NCBI GenBank assembly: GCA_963662405.2
Contig: CAXXKT010000001.1
Coordinates: forward strand, 1,248,001 to 1,312,000
Source of the DNA: Syntrophales bacterium
Lineage (GTDB): Bacteria; Desulfobacterota; Syntrophia; Syntrophales; UBA2210
Direction of reading: 5' to 3'
DNA length: 64,000 bases
A program made the translations under genes and the position numbers. This document shows positions 1 to 9,646 of the stretch, in pieces. Each line of letters begins with the position of its first letter. Positions within the stretch are counted from its first letter, which is position 1. The notes under the pieces were generated by a model, which was not told where the DNA came from, did no database searches, and saw nothing but the letters and a program-made list of their open reading frames with translations.

Positions 1-1141
1 CTCGGCCACCCCTCGACTGGGAGCAGAAGCACAGGAACTGGAAGTAGCCGCCGGTACTGGAGATGGGGCGTTTTTTGTAGAAACCTGCGCTCTGTTGTCC
101 CAGGAGGTCGACGGCAATGCAGTTGTTGATGGCGATCATGTTGTCGATCCTGGTCAGGATGTGCAGGTTATTGGTATAATCCACATCATAGACCGCCAGG
201 TGTTGGTTGCGATGGATCGTATCGTAGTACCACTGCGTGTCGACGGGGAAGGCGAAGGTCCAGACACTCCTCCCCTGGTCCAGGGTTTTATACCGATTGG
301 TAACCTGGCCCGATTCGATCAGCTTGAGCAGGCCGTAGTTGAGCATCTCCGTGTGGACACCGAGATCCTTCAGCCCTGCATCCGCCATCGCCGCCACGCA
401 GGCCGACGGGAGCGACCCGATGCCGAGCTGGATAACATCCCGGTCATCCATGATGGAGAGGATATTACGGGCGATCTGTTGCTCCTGCGGGGTGGGGGTC
501 ATGGCCTTCTCGTCGATCTGGGGCCAGGCATATCGCTCGCAGTCCACCTCAACCCAGTAGTCCACGTCATCGATATGGATGGTGTTGAACCGTCCCCCCT
601 CGGCCCACGGGTAGTCTTCCCGCACCTCAACGACGACCTTCTTGGAGGACTCTTGGAATATCTTGGCATTGTTCGTCCCGTACGACCAGTTGAAAAAGCC
701 GTTTTCGTCGACCGGTGTGGCGGCGTTGATCCACCAGTCGATCCCGCGATTCGCGCGGTCTCCGTTGGCGAAACGGTAGTGATGCCACCAACTGCCGATG
801 GTCCATCCCCACTGTGCCCAGCTGGTTACCCCGTGGGTATCCCGTGCCTGACGGTTCCAGGGGAAGAAGAAATAATCATGGAAACAGTGATATCGCTGGA
901 GGGGATCAACCTCTTGGAATCGCAGTTGCGGATAAAACTTGCCGTAATTCCAGATCTCGATGTCTCGAAGATCGGACGGACCATCTCCGAGCCTGTTCGC
1001 CAGGGCCTCCATGCATGCCGTCGGGTCGCCGCCGACCGTCCCGTTGGTAATCCACTCTCCCGGCCGAATCATGTCGGCAATCTGGCCGGGAGTTTTTTTT
1101 CTGTCTCGAATCTTCTGCTGAATCGGCGTTGTCATCCCCAT
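1..1141 (-). CDS. Acetyl-CoA hydrolase/CoA-transferase family protein (4-hydroxybutyrate/butyryl-CoA transferase-like); 3' end runs off the window
   Basis: Not in the ORF track. Manual minus-strand translation from ATG at 1141 (or 1135) gives MGMTTPIQQKIRDRKKTPGQIADMIRPGEW... with family motifs IQLGIGSLP, DLGVHTEM (catalytic Glu) and MIAINNCIAVDLLGQ. The frame stays open to position 1. Confidence 0.88.
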   Translation of the reverse strand, partial: MGMTTPIQQKIRDRKKTPGQIADMIRPGEWITNGTVGGDPTACMEALANRLGDGPSDLRDIEIWNYGKFYPQLRFQEVDPLQRYHCFHDYFFFPWNRQARDTHGVTSWAQWGWTIGSWWHHYRFANGDRANRGIDWWINAATPVDENGFFNWSYGTNNAKIFQESSKKVVVEVREDYPWAEGGRFNTIHIDDVDYWVEVDCERYAWPQIDEKAMTPTPQEQQIARNILSIMDDRDVIQLGIGSLPSACVAAMADAGLKDLGVHTEMLNYGLLKLIESGQVTNRYKTLDQGRSVWTFAFPVDTQWYYDTIHRNQHLAVYDVDYTNNLHILTRIDNMIAINNCIAVDLLGQQSAGFYKKRPISSTGGYFQFLCFCSQSRGGR

Positions 1142-1253
1142 TCTCTACCTTTCTCATCGTTCTGTTGTCTCGCAATGCATGAGCGTCTGATCATGTCAAA
1201 AAGAGCAGCCCGAGCCCCTTCTCGCCTGGCTGCCCAGTGCAAAAAATTCCAAC

Positions 1254-1283
1254 TTTATAAAGGATCTCGGAACGGTTTGTCAA
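1254..1283 (-). promoter_or_regulatory. Candidate sigma70 promoter for the CoA-transferase
   Basis: TTGACA (1283-1278), 18 nt spacer, TATAAA on the minus strand. Confidence 0.5.
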
Positions 1284-1309
1284 TCCAATTTCTGTTTTCA
1301 TTTTTTTTC

Positions 1310-1355
1310 TTGACATTGGAGGCCATCTTGCTTAAAAAAGTGTGACCCTTGGTCA
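1310..1355 (+). promoter_or_regulatory. Candidate sigma70 promoter with an overlapping palindromic operator upstream of tetR
   Basis: TTGACA 1310-1315, 17 nt, TAAAAA 1333-1338; palindrome TGACC-ctt-GGTCA at 1343-1355 near the predicted +1. Confidence 0.55.
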
Positions 1356-1439
1356 TAATCTGACCTTTATCCGCCTCTTTTTACTGTTACAGGATTTAAG
1401 CTGTTGACTTTCAAATACTTTTGAGAAGGAAATTGCGGA

Positions 1440-2099
1440 ATGCCGGGACCCGAAAAGCGTCGGGAGAGAGAAAGAGAACAGAGGAGACAGGTCATTCTCA
1501 AGGCGGCAAAGAAGCTGTTCGTTGAAAACGGTTTCAGATCCGTAACCGTAGCGAATATTGCCGAGAAAGCCGAGCTGAGCAAGGGGGCGATCTATCTTTA
1601 CTTCAGCAGTAAAGAGGAGATATACGCTCAGATTCTTCTGACCGATATTGAAATATTTCATAAAGAGATCTTACAGATATTCGACAATCAAAAAAACACG
1701 ACGGATGTTCTGCTCGATTTCGCCAATGCCTATATCGATATCTTCCTGAAAGAACGCGAACAGTTCAGGATATTGATGAACTTTATGCTCCAGGCGGACA
1801 GTCTCAGCCTCTCAAATGAGACCCGTCGTCAGATCATCCGGGAGATGAACCGGACCATTTCGCTGATCGAAAAGATTCTCCAGCATGGTGTCGAGGCGGG
1901 AAACCTGACACTGAAAAAATCGGATATTCGAAAAATGAGGAATGCCCTGTGGGGACTTCTCAACGGGATCATATCGCTCCACCTCTTTGTCGGGACCGAA
2001 TCGATGCGGGAGGAGAGAATTCGATCCAATGTCAGAGAAGGCATAGAAACCATGATAGAAGGACTAAAGAATAAGCAGGAGGTGGCAGGCAATGAGTAA
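1440..2099 (+). CDS. TetR/AcrR family transcriptional regulator
   Basis: N-terminal HTH ILKAAKKLFVENGFRSVTVANIAEKAELSKGAIYLYFSSKEEI. Confidence 0.95.
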   Translation: MPGPEKRREREREQRRQVILKAAKKLFVENGFRSVTVANIAEKAELSKGAIYLYFSSKEEIYAQILLTDIEIFHKEILQIFDNQKNTTDVLLDFANAYIDIFLKEREQFRILMNFMLQADSLSLSNETRRQIIREMNRTISLIEKILQHGVEAGNLTLKKSDIRKMRNALWGLLNGIISLHLFVGTESMREERIRSNVREGIETMIEGLKNKQEVAGNE

Positions 2100-3903
2100 T
2101 TTGTTGGTGAATACGAGGGATCAGAAATTTGTGCTGTACGAACAGATCGGTATCGATAAGCTGTATGGCTTCGAAAAGTATGCCGATTATTCACAGGAAG
2201 TCGTGGACATGGTGCTCAGCGAAGCCGAGAAGATGGCCGTGGAAGTGATCGCTCCGACCCTTGAGGAAGGTGATAAGGAGGGTGCCCAGTTCAAGGACGG
2301 AAAGGCCTACGCCCCCGCCTGCTTGCACGAGTCGTTCAAGACCTTCTGCGAGGCGGGATGGGTGTGCGCTGCCAAAGATCCGGAGGTGGGAGGACAGAAC
2401 CTGCCCCTGTCGGTACACTCGGCGTGCTGGGAACTTTTTGCCGCCGGCCACATGGCCTTCAGCATGTATTCCAGCCTGACCACCGGGGCCGCGGGGCTGA
2501 TCGATGTCCACGGTACCGAGGAACTCAAGAATAAGTATATGTACAGGATGTATGCGGGCGAATGGGGTGGGACGATGTGTCTCACCGAGCCAGGTGCGGG
2601 GAGCGACGTTGGTGCCCTGCGGACGACGGCAAAGCGGCTTCCCGACGGTACCTACAGCATTACGGGTACCAAGTGTTTCATCTCCTCGGGCGACCACGAC
2701 CTGACGGAGAATATCGTCCACCCGGTCCTGGCGAGGATCGAGGGTGATCCAGCCGGGACAAAGGGGATTTCGATCTTTATCGTTCCGAAGATTCGTGTCA
2801 ACGATGACGGGAGTCTGGGAGAACCGAACGATGTTACCACCGGAAATATCGAGCACAAAATGGGAATTCGGGCATCGGCCACGGCGACCCTGAACTTCGG
2901 CGAGAACGGCAACTGTATCGGCGAACTTCTCGGCAATGAGCGGGAAGGGATGAAGATCATGTTCCAGATGATGAATGAGGCCCGACTCGATGTGGGTATC
3001 CAGGGAATGAGCATCGCCTCGGCCGCCTATGAACATGCCGTCCAGTACGCCAAAGAGAGGATCCAGAGTTCATCCGCCTTGGCCGGGAAAGGTGCAGGGG
3101 CGGTTGCCATTATCAATCATCCCCCGGTGAGAAGGATGTTGCTGTGGATGAAGGCATACCTCGAGGGGATCAGGGCACTCAACTACTTCACGGGGTTCTG
3201 CATCGACATGGCCGAGGCATCGGATTCCGAGGAGGAGCGGCAAAAGTATCACGGATATGCGGGGCTCCTCACCCCGATCTGCAAGGCCTTCTCATCCGAT
3301 AGGGGCGTGGATATCTGCTCCAAGGCGATGGATGTTTACGGCGGATACGGTTTCTGCCAGGAGTACCCTGTCGAACAGTATCTCAGGGATTGCAAGATCA
3401 CCCAGATCTATGAGGGGACGAATCAAATCCAGGCCATGGATCTTGTCGGCAGGAAACTGGGGATGAATAACGGGCAGAATGTGATGAACCTGTTCGCTGA
3501 TATTGCCGCGACGATCGAGAAGCTGAAGGGGGTTGAAGATCTGAAGCCCTCAACCGCGAAGCTGGCGGAGGCCTCCGCCGCCGTGATGGAACTTCCTCCC
3601 GTCTTTACCGACTGTTTCAAGTCCGGCAAGGCGGCCGTTCCGATCCAGAACGTTGAGCCCTTCCTGGCGGTCATGGGTGATGTGATCTGTGGGTGGTTTA
3701 TCCTCCAGGGGGCGGGGATCGCCCTCGAAAAACTGGCCTCCCTGGATCCCGGCGATGTCGATGTCCCCTTCTATCAGGGGAAGGTGATGTCGGCACGCTT
3801 TTTCGCCGCCGAGATCCTTCCGACCGTCAAGACCAGGTGTGAGATCATCAAGGAAAACGAGGCGCTTGCCGTCCAAATCGCGGAGGAATCCTTTGCGATA
3901 TAG
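2092..3903 (+). CDS. Acyl-CoA dehydrogenase (long, ~600-aa FadE5/DmdC-like class)
   Basis: Motifs GTMCLTEPGAGSD, ITGTKCFIS, EHKMGI, MMNEARL, YGGYGFCQEY, QIYEGTN. Confidence 0.95.
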   Translation: MSNLLVNTRDQKFVLYEQIGIDKLYGFEKYADYSQEVVDMVLSEAEKMAVEVIAPTLEEGDKEGAQFKDGKAYAPACLHESFKTFCEAGWVCAAKDPEVGGQNLPLSVHSACWELFAAGHMAFSMYSSLTTGAAGLIDVHGTEELKNKYMYRMYAGEWGGTMCLTEPGAGSDVGALRTTAKRLPDGTYSITGTKCFISSGDHDLTENIVHPVLARIEGDPAGTKGISIFIVPKIRVNDDGSLGEPNDVTTGNIEHKMGIRASATATLNFGENGNCIGELLGNEREGMKIMFQMMNEARLDVGIQGMSIASAAYEHAVQYAKERIQSSSALAGKGAGAVAIINHPPVRRMLLWMKAYLEGIRALNYFTGFCIDMAEASDSEEERQKYHGYAGLLTPICKAFSSDRGVDICSKAMDVYGGYGFCQEYPVEQYLRDCKITQIYEGTNQIQAMDLVGRKLGMNNGQNVMNLFADIAATIEKLKGVEDLKPSTAKLAEASAAVMELPPVFTDCFKSGKAAVPIQNVEPFLAVMGDVICGWFILQGAGIALEKLASLDPGDVDVPFYQGKVMSARFFAAEILPTVKTRCEIIKENEALAVQIAEESFAI

Positions 3904-4038
3904 ATATCGGTAAGAGGGTATGACCGAAAGGGCACCTGAGGGACCGGGTGCGCTTCCGGCCATAATGGAATGCGGATCAATGAGGGGGGGACCTCATCGT
4001 CTTCTCTCTGCTTCAAAAACTGTGCGGAGGTTGTTACA

Positions 4039-5217
4039 ATGAAAGAATGTGTGGTTATCGATGGTATCAGAAGTGCGAATGCCCGGGCTCACAAGGACAA
4101 GGGGTGGTTTCGGAATGTGCGGCCCGAAGAACTGTTGATCCAGGTGTACCAGGAACTCTTCAAACGGAACCCGCAGGTCAAACCAGAAGACGTGGATTCG
4201 GTCTTCTGCGGTACGGCGAATCAGGCGGGAATGCAGAACGATATCGCCAGGCTGGCCTGGCTGGCCGGTGGTTTTCCCGAATCGGTGGCGGCGAACGGCG
4301 TGGGGCAGCAGTGCTGCTCGGGCATGGCGGCGACCGAACATGCCGCCCGGGCGATCATGTGTGGGGAGGGAGATATCTATATAGCATCGGGTGTCGAAGA
4401 TATGCAAAAGGTCCCCATGTCATTTGCCATGGATTTTCCCCCGAAGATGCTCGAACGGTACAAATTCGAGGATATCCCCATGGGAGCCACCGCCGAGAAG
4501 GTCGCCGAACTCTGGAAGGTGGACCGTGTTGACATGGAAAACATGGCCTACTGGAGCAACAAGAAGGCGGCCGAGGCCCGCGATGCGGGAAAATTCAAGG
4601 GTGAAATCGTTCCCATTGAGGGAGAAGAAGAAGACGGAACGAAGTTCATGGTCGACCGTGACCAGTGGATTCGGGATAATGTCTCGATGGAACAAATGGC
4701 GACCATGAAATCTCCCTTCAAGGAGAACGGTATTGTCACTGCTGCCTTATCGTCTCCTCTGACGTCGGGCGCTGCCGCACTGCTCCTCATGAGCCGCGAA
4801 AAGGCCGATGAACTGGGACTGGACTACCACATTAAATATGTCCACGGTGCCATGGCCGGTTGCGATCCCACCGTGATGGGGATCGGGCCCATTGCCGCCG
4901 CCCGGAAGCTCCTCGACCGGACGGGGTTGACGGTACAGGACATCGGCGTCTGGGAACTGAACGAGGCCTTCGGAAGTCAGTCCCTGGCGGTGGTGCGCGA
5001 TCTGGGTATTGCCGAAAACGCCCCCTTCGATAACGTGAATGTCTGGGGCGGTGCCCTGGCGCTTGGTCACCCCCTGGGGGAGTCCGGCCTCAGGATCATC
5101 GTCACGCTGAACAACGTCATGAAGACGGACTTCGCGGATGCCAAGTACGGCGTTGCCATGCTCTGCGGCGGTTTCGGAAATGCCAATGCATCGCTTTGGG
5201 AGAAGGTGGAGAAATAG
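4039..5217 (+). CDS. Acetyl-CoA C-acyltransferase (thiolase)
   Basis: Catalytic motifs QCCSG, ELNEAF, GHPLG, LCGGFG; SD GGAGG before ATG 4039. Confidence 0.95.
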   Translation: MKECVVIDGIRSANARAHKDKGWFRNVRPEELLIQVYQELFKRNPQVKPEDVDSVFCGTANQAGMQNDIARLAWLAGGFPESVAANGVGQQCCSGMAATEHAARAIMCGEGDIYIASGVEDMQKVPMSFAMDFPPKMLERYKFEDIPMGATAEKVAELWKVDRVDMENMAYWSNKKAAEARDAGKFKGEIVPIEGEEEDGTKFMVDRDQWIRDNVSMEQMATMKSPFKENGIVTAALSSPLTSGAAALLLMSREKADELGLDYHIKYVHGAMAGCDPTVMGIGPIAAARKLLDRTGLTVQDIGVWELNEAFGSQSLAVVRDLGIAENAPFDNVNVWGGALALGHPLGESGLRIIVTLNNVMKTDFADAKYGVAMLCGGFGNANASLWEKVEK

Positions 5218-5432
5218 GGGCGCCTGCCGAGGAAGTGGTCAAGCGATAGCCTTTCGGAAGGGTCGTATATGTGCCTGACGATTTCACACGGCGGCGAATA
5301 CAGACAATCATGTAATGGAGTGATGGATGTCCTGCCCTGGGTGGCCAAGCCAGCGCAGGGCAACTGTCGCATGTTCCGGGGGGATGGAGTATCCCCTGAG
5401 CACGGTAACAACACTATTATGAGGAGGGTATT

Positions 5433-7289
5433 ATGAGTAATTCATTGGTGAACACACGTGATCAGCGTTTTGTGCTGTACGAGCAGATCGGTATTGAGAA
5501 CCTCTTTGATTATGAGAAGTATGCCGACTACTCGAAGGATATGGTCGACATGGTCCTGACCGAAGCGGAAAAATTCGCGGTGGAAGAGATCTTGCCCACG
5601 TACGAGATTGCGGACAAAGAGGACCCCGCGGTCTTCAAGGACGGGAATGCTTACGCGCCGAAGTGCTATCACAAGCCCTTCAAGAATCTCCGCGAGGCGG
5701 GGTGGTTCTGTCCCCTCTTCCCGGTCGAGGTAGGCGGGCAGGGGATGCCCAAGGTGATCCATAATTCCATCAGCGAGATGTTCGGTTCCGCCAACTATTC
5801 CTTCATGATGTATGTGGGGCTGACGCTGGGTGCCGCCGGGCTGATCATGGAATACGGGACCGAAGAACAGAAGAACAAATACCTCTACAAGATGTGCGAA
5901 GGCCTCTGGGGCGGGACCATGTGTCTCACCGAGCCCGGAGCCGGGAGTGACGTCGGTGCCTCGCGGACTACGGCCAAACGCCTTCCCGATGGTACCTACA
6001 GCATCACGGGGACCAAGTGTTTCATCTCCTCGGGGGATCATGATCTGACGGAAAACATCATCCATCCCGTTCTGGCGAGGATCGAGGGTGATCCCGCGGG
6101 TACGAAGGGGATATCGATCTTTCTCGTCCCCAAGATCCGCGTCAACGACGACGGGAGCCTCGGAGAGTCGAACGACGTCATCACGGGGAACATCGAGCAC
6201 AAGATGGGGATCAAGGGATCGGCCACGGCGACCCTGAACTTCGGCGAGAACGGCAACTGCATCGGTGAGCTTCTCGGCAACGAGCGGGAAGGGATGAAGA
6301 TCATGTTCCAGATGATGAATGAGGCCCGCCTGGGGACCGGGATGCAGGGACTCGACCACGCCTCTGCCGCCCTGGAACACGCTATCGCGTACGCCAAGGA
6401 GCGTATCCAGAGCCGCGATATGACCTCGCCGTCGCCGGAAGGTGCCCCGATCATCCGACACCCCGATATCCGGCGTTCTCTCCTCTACATCAAGTCACAT
6501 GTCGAGGGGATGCGGTCGATGAACTACTGGATCGGCTACTGCATCGACATGGCGGAGATCGCCGAGACGGAAGAGGAACGGGCGAAGTGGGATGGATACG
6601 TGGAACTGATCACGCCGGTCATCAAGGCCTACTGCTCCGACAAGGGCGTGGAGCTCTGTTCGCTGGCCATGGATATCTACGGCGGCTATGGCTACTGCCA
6701 GGAGTATCCCATCGAGCAGTATATGCGTGACTGTAAGATCGCCCCCATCTACGAGGGGACGAATGCCATCCAGTCCCTCGACCTGGTCTTCCGGAAACTG
6801 GGCCAGCGCAAGGGGCAGAACGCGATGAATCTCCTCACCGACATAGGAGCCACCGTCGAGAAGTGCAAGGCAATCGAAGGGCTGAAGGACTACGCCGGAT
6901 ACCTGGGCGGGGCCTCGGCCGCCTTCGGCGATATGCTGATGCAGTTCGGGACGTGGCTCAAGGGCGGTGAATTTATGGCCCCCCTCATCAACACCCGGCC
7001 CTTCCTGATGGTCATGGGAGATGTCATTACCGGGTGGAGGCTCCTGGATGCGGCGGTCATCGCTTGGGAGAAGCTGGATGCCCTGTTCAAAGAAGCGGGA
7101 GCGGATACACCTGAAGCTCAACGTGAACTTGGTAAAAATAATGGTGAAGTAGCGTTCTATCTGGGAAAGGTTGCCTCGGCGAAATATTTCGCAACGAACA
7201 TTCTGACGACTGTGGAATCTCGGTTCAACGTGATCAAGCTGGCTGATAAGACTCCTGTGGAGATGCTTGAAGAGTCCTTCACGATCTGA
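5433..7289 (+). CDS. Acyl-CoA dehydrogenase, paralog of 2092..3903
   Basis: Same motifs (MCLTEPGAGSD, PIYEGTN); central region nearly identical to the first copy. Confidence 0.95.
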   Translation: MSNSLVNTRDQRFVLYEQIGIENLFDYEKYADYSKDMVDMVLTEAEKFAVEEILPTYEIADKEDPAVFKDGNAYAPKCYHKPFKNLREAGWFCPLFPVEVGGQGMPKVIHNSISEMFGSANYSFMMYVGLTLGAAGLIMEYGTEEQKNKYLYKMCEGLWGGTMCLTEPGAGSDVGASRTTAKRLPDGTYSITGTKCFISSGDHDLTENIIHPVLARIEGDPAGTKGISIFLVPKIRVNDDGSLGESNDVITGNIEHKMGIKGSATATLNFGENGNCIGELLGNEREGMKIMFQMMNEARLGTGMQGLDHASAALEHAIAYAKERIQSRDMTSPSPEGAPIIRHPDIRRSLLYIKSHVEGMRSMNYWIGYCIDMAEIAETEEERAKWDGYVELITPVIKAYCSDKGVELCSLAMDIYGGYGYCQEYPIEQYMRDCKIAPIYEGTNAIQSLDLVFRKLGQRKGQNAMNLLTDIGATVEKCKAIEGLKDYAGYLGGASAAFGDMLMQFGTWLKGGEFMAPLINTRPFLMVMGDVITGWRLLDAAVIAWEKLDALFKEAGADTPEAQRELGKNNGEVAFYLGKVASAKYFATNILTTVESRFNVIKLADKTPVEMLEESFTI

Positions 7290-7314
7290 TCGTATCGGTT
7301 CCGTTTCTTTGCCG

Positions 7315-7348
7315 GAGGGGGATTCCTGAGGAATCCCCCTCTTTTTTT
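7315..7348 (+). terminator. Rho-independent terminator, probably bidirectional
   Basis: GAGGGGGATTCC/GGAATCCCCCTC stem followed by a T7 run, between convergent genes. Confidence 0.85.
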
Positions 7349-7353
7349 GTTCA

Positions 7354-8526
7354 TTACAGGCTCGCGCCGATCAACTGCTGGACCAGTTCATTCGGGCCGA
7401 GGTAGATCTGTACGATCTTGGCATCCCGCATATACTTTTCGACAGGGTACTCACGGGAATATCCGTACGAACCCATCAACTGGACACAGTGTGACGTTAC
7501 CTCCATGGCCGCGTCAGTTGCGAACACCTTGGCCATGTCGGAGTAACGAGCCCGGTGGGGATCGCGCTTTTTGAGCGACCAGGAGGCACGGTAGACGAGG
7601 AGCCGGGCGGCGTCGATCCTGGTTGCCATATCGGCGAACCGAGCCGATATCAGGCTGTGTTCGGTCAGCGGTTTCCCCCCAACGACCCGTGTCTTGCGGT
7701 ACTGGAGGGCATATTCAAAGGCCCCCCGCGCCATCCCGACGGAGATCATTCCCGCACCGAGCCGGTTGTAGGCGACGGTTGTTTGGAGTATCCGCTGTCC
7801 ATCGCCGATTGCCCCCAGCAGATTCTGTTTGGGGACGCGGACATCTTCAAAGATTACCTCCCGGTTCTGGTCTTCCGGCATCCCCATCTTCCGTTCGATC
7901 TTTCCGAAGGAGAGACCCGGTGTTCCGGCCTCGACGACCATGATACAGGATCCCTTCGCCTCCTCTTTCGGGTCAGTCGTGCAGACAACCACATAGTGAG
8001 AGGCGATTCCGGCGTTGCTCGGCCACATCTTGACGCCGTTGATGACGTAGTGATCACCGTCCTCGGTTGCGCTCGTCTTGACCGTTCGGAGATGCATCCG
8101 GGGGTCCTCGATATCCGCCCCCGATGCCGGTTCGGTCATGCAGATACACCCGAGATTGGGTACTTCACGGGAGGCGAGGGGAACGAGAAACCGCCTGCGC
8201 TGCTCCTCGTTTGCCGCAATAACAATCGGTGTCTGGGCAAACCAGGTGTCCCCGATCACACAGGCAACCCCCCCATTGACGGCCGCCAACTCTTCGAGGA
8301 CGACCATCACGGTCATGCCGTCGGCCCCGGAACCGCCGTATTCGGCGGCGACGGGCAGTCCCATGAACCCAAGGGAGGCCGCTTTTTTGAGGACCTGTGA
8401 CATGAGGGTGTGCCTTTCCCAGTCGTCGTCGAATTTATCATTCAGCGGCCTGACCTCCGTTTCGGCGAACCTCCGTGCAATCTTCTGGTACTGCTTTTTC
8501 TCTTCGGAAAGTTCAAAGACATACAT
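7354..8526 (-). CDS. Acyl-CoA dehydrogenase family protein (short class) with atypical active site
   Basis: CMTEPASGAD, INGVKMW, ERKMGM, MGSYGYSREYPVEKYMRDAK; IYLG in place of IYEG. Confidence 0.9.
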   Translation of the reverse strand: MYVFELSEEKKQYQKIARRFAETEVRPLNDKFDDDWERHTLMSQVLKKAASLGFMGLPVAAEYGGSGADGMTVMVVLEELAAVNGGVACVIGDTWFAQTPIVIAANEEQRRRFLVPLASREVPNLGCICMTEPASGADIEDPRMHLRTVKTSATEDGDHYVINGVKMWPSNAGIASHYVVVCTTDPKEEAKGSCIMVVEAGTPGLSFGKIERKMGMPEDQNREVIFEDVRVPKQNLLGAIGDGQRILQTTVAYNRLGAGMISVGMARGAFEYALQYRKTRVVGGKPLTEHSLISARFADMATRIDAARLLVYRASWSLKKRDPHRARYSDMAKVFATDAAMEVTSHCVQLMGSYGYSREYPVEKYMRDAKIVQIYLGPNELVQQLIGASL

Positions 8527-8794
8527 GGTGTTCCTCCTTGTTGGTTGTGAGAGAAAAACCCGGATCGAAAAACCCCATCATTACAACAAAATAAGCAATA
8601 ACATGCCCGGCGATTTCGTTGCAAGGAAGAATCGTCGACCGTAACAGAACGTCGGCATTTGGAGTAACGATTTGTCGAAAGTGGGGAGTGAAGCGACAGG
8701 GAGGTACCGTCTGTTGCAATGAAGACTCTTTTAGGGTACACGAAGCGACAGGCAAAAATCTGGACTGAAAGAACCGATCGGAAGGAATCATCCG

Positions 8795-9640
8795 ATGAAC
8801 TGTCTACAAATCTTGAAGGAAACGGAAACACGGTTTGCGGGGGTATCAACGACACCCGCGCTGGACGCTCAGGTCCTCCTCGCATGCTGTATCAGGAGGG
8901 CTCGTCAGTTTCTCTTTGCTCATCCGGAGTACGAACCCTCTCCTGCGGAAGTGGATCGGTTTCGCTCTATGGCAGCGAGGAGAATGCAGGCCGAACCGGT
9001 TGCATACATCACCGGCGAGAAGGAATTCTGGTCCCTCACCTTTGCGGTGACCCCGGACGTCCTGATACCGCGACCCGACACGGAGATCTTGGTCGAGGAG
9101 GTGGTGAGACTCTGCCGAGGTGAGAGAAAGACCCCCCTCAGACTGCTGGAAATCGGGACGGGGAGCGGGGCAATCAGCATTGCCCTCGCCTCTGAACTGA
9201 GCCGGGTTATTATCACGGCCACCGATCTTTCGCCGAAGGCCCTTGCCGTTGCCGCCGGAAACGCCCTGAACAATGGTGTCCATGGAGCAATCTCATTTGT
9301 CTGTGGGGATCTGTTCGACCCCGTTGGTGAGGCATACGATATCATCGTTTCGAATCCCCCCTATATCTCCGAGGAGGAGTATGATCTCCTTGCTGCGGAG
9401 GTCAGGAAATACGAACCCCGCCAGGCCCTGGTTGCCGGTCCGCAAGGGACGGAGGTACATCGGCATATGATAGAGGGAGCACCGCCGTTCATGAATGATA
9501 GGGGATGGCTTGCCCTGGAGTTGGGGGCGGGGCAGCGGGATGCCGTTGAGAAAATGCTGCATGAGAACGATTACTGTGATATGGTCTTCTGCCGGGATTA
9601 TGCCGGGCTGGAGAGGACCGTCTTGGCACGGAAAAGGTAA
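8795..9640 (+). CDS. prmC: Release factor glutamine methyltransferase
   Basis: EPVAYITG, LIPRPDTE, EIGTGSG, SNPPY. Confidence 0.95.
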   Translation: MNCLQILKETETRFAGVSTTPALDAQVLLACCIRRARQFLFAHPEYEPSPAEVDRFRSMAARRMQAEPVAYITGEKEFWSLTFAVTPDVLIPRPDTEILVEEVVRLCRGERKTPLRLLEIGTGSGAISIALASELSRVIITATDLSPKALAVAAGNALNNGVHGAISFVCGDLFDPVGEAYDIIVSNPPYISEEEYDLLAAEVRKYEPRQALVAGPQGTEVHRHMIEGAPPFMNDRGWLALELGAGQRDAVEKMLHENDYCDMVFCRDYAGLERTVLARKR

Positions 9641-9646
9641 CAAAAA

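Noticed and set aside
95..1345. 416-aa plus-strand ORF
   Set aside because: Antisense shadow of the minus-strand CoA-transferase; no recognisable motifs.
5218..5432. Structured spacer between thiolase and the second ACAD as a riboswitch
   Set aside because: Several small hairpins but no recognisable aptamer consensus or expression platform.
8594..8610. Sigma54-like motif (CCGGGCATGTTATTGCT, minus strand) before the atypical ACAD
   Set aside because: The GGCA-to-TTGC spacing is 1 nt short, and the correctly spaced register matches the -24 consensus poorly.
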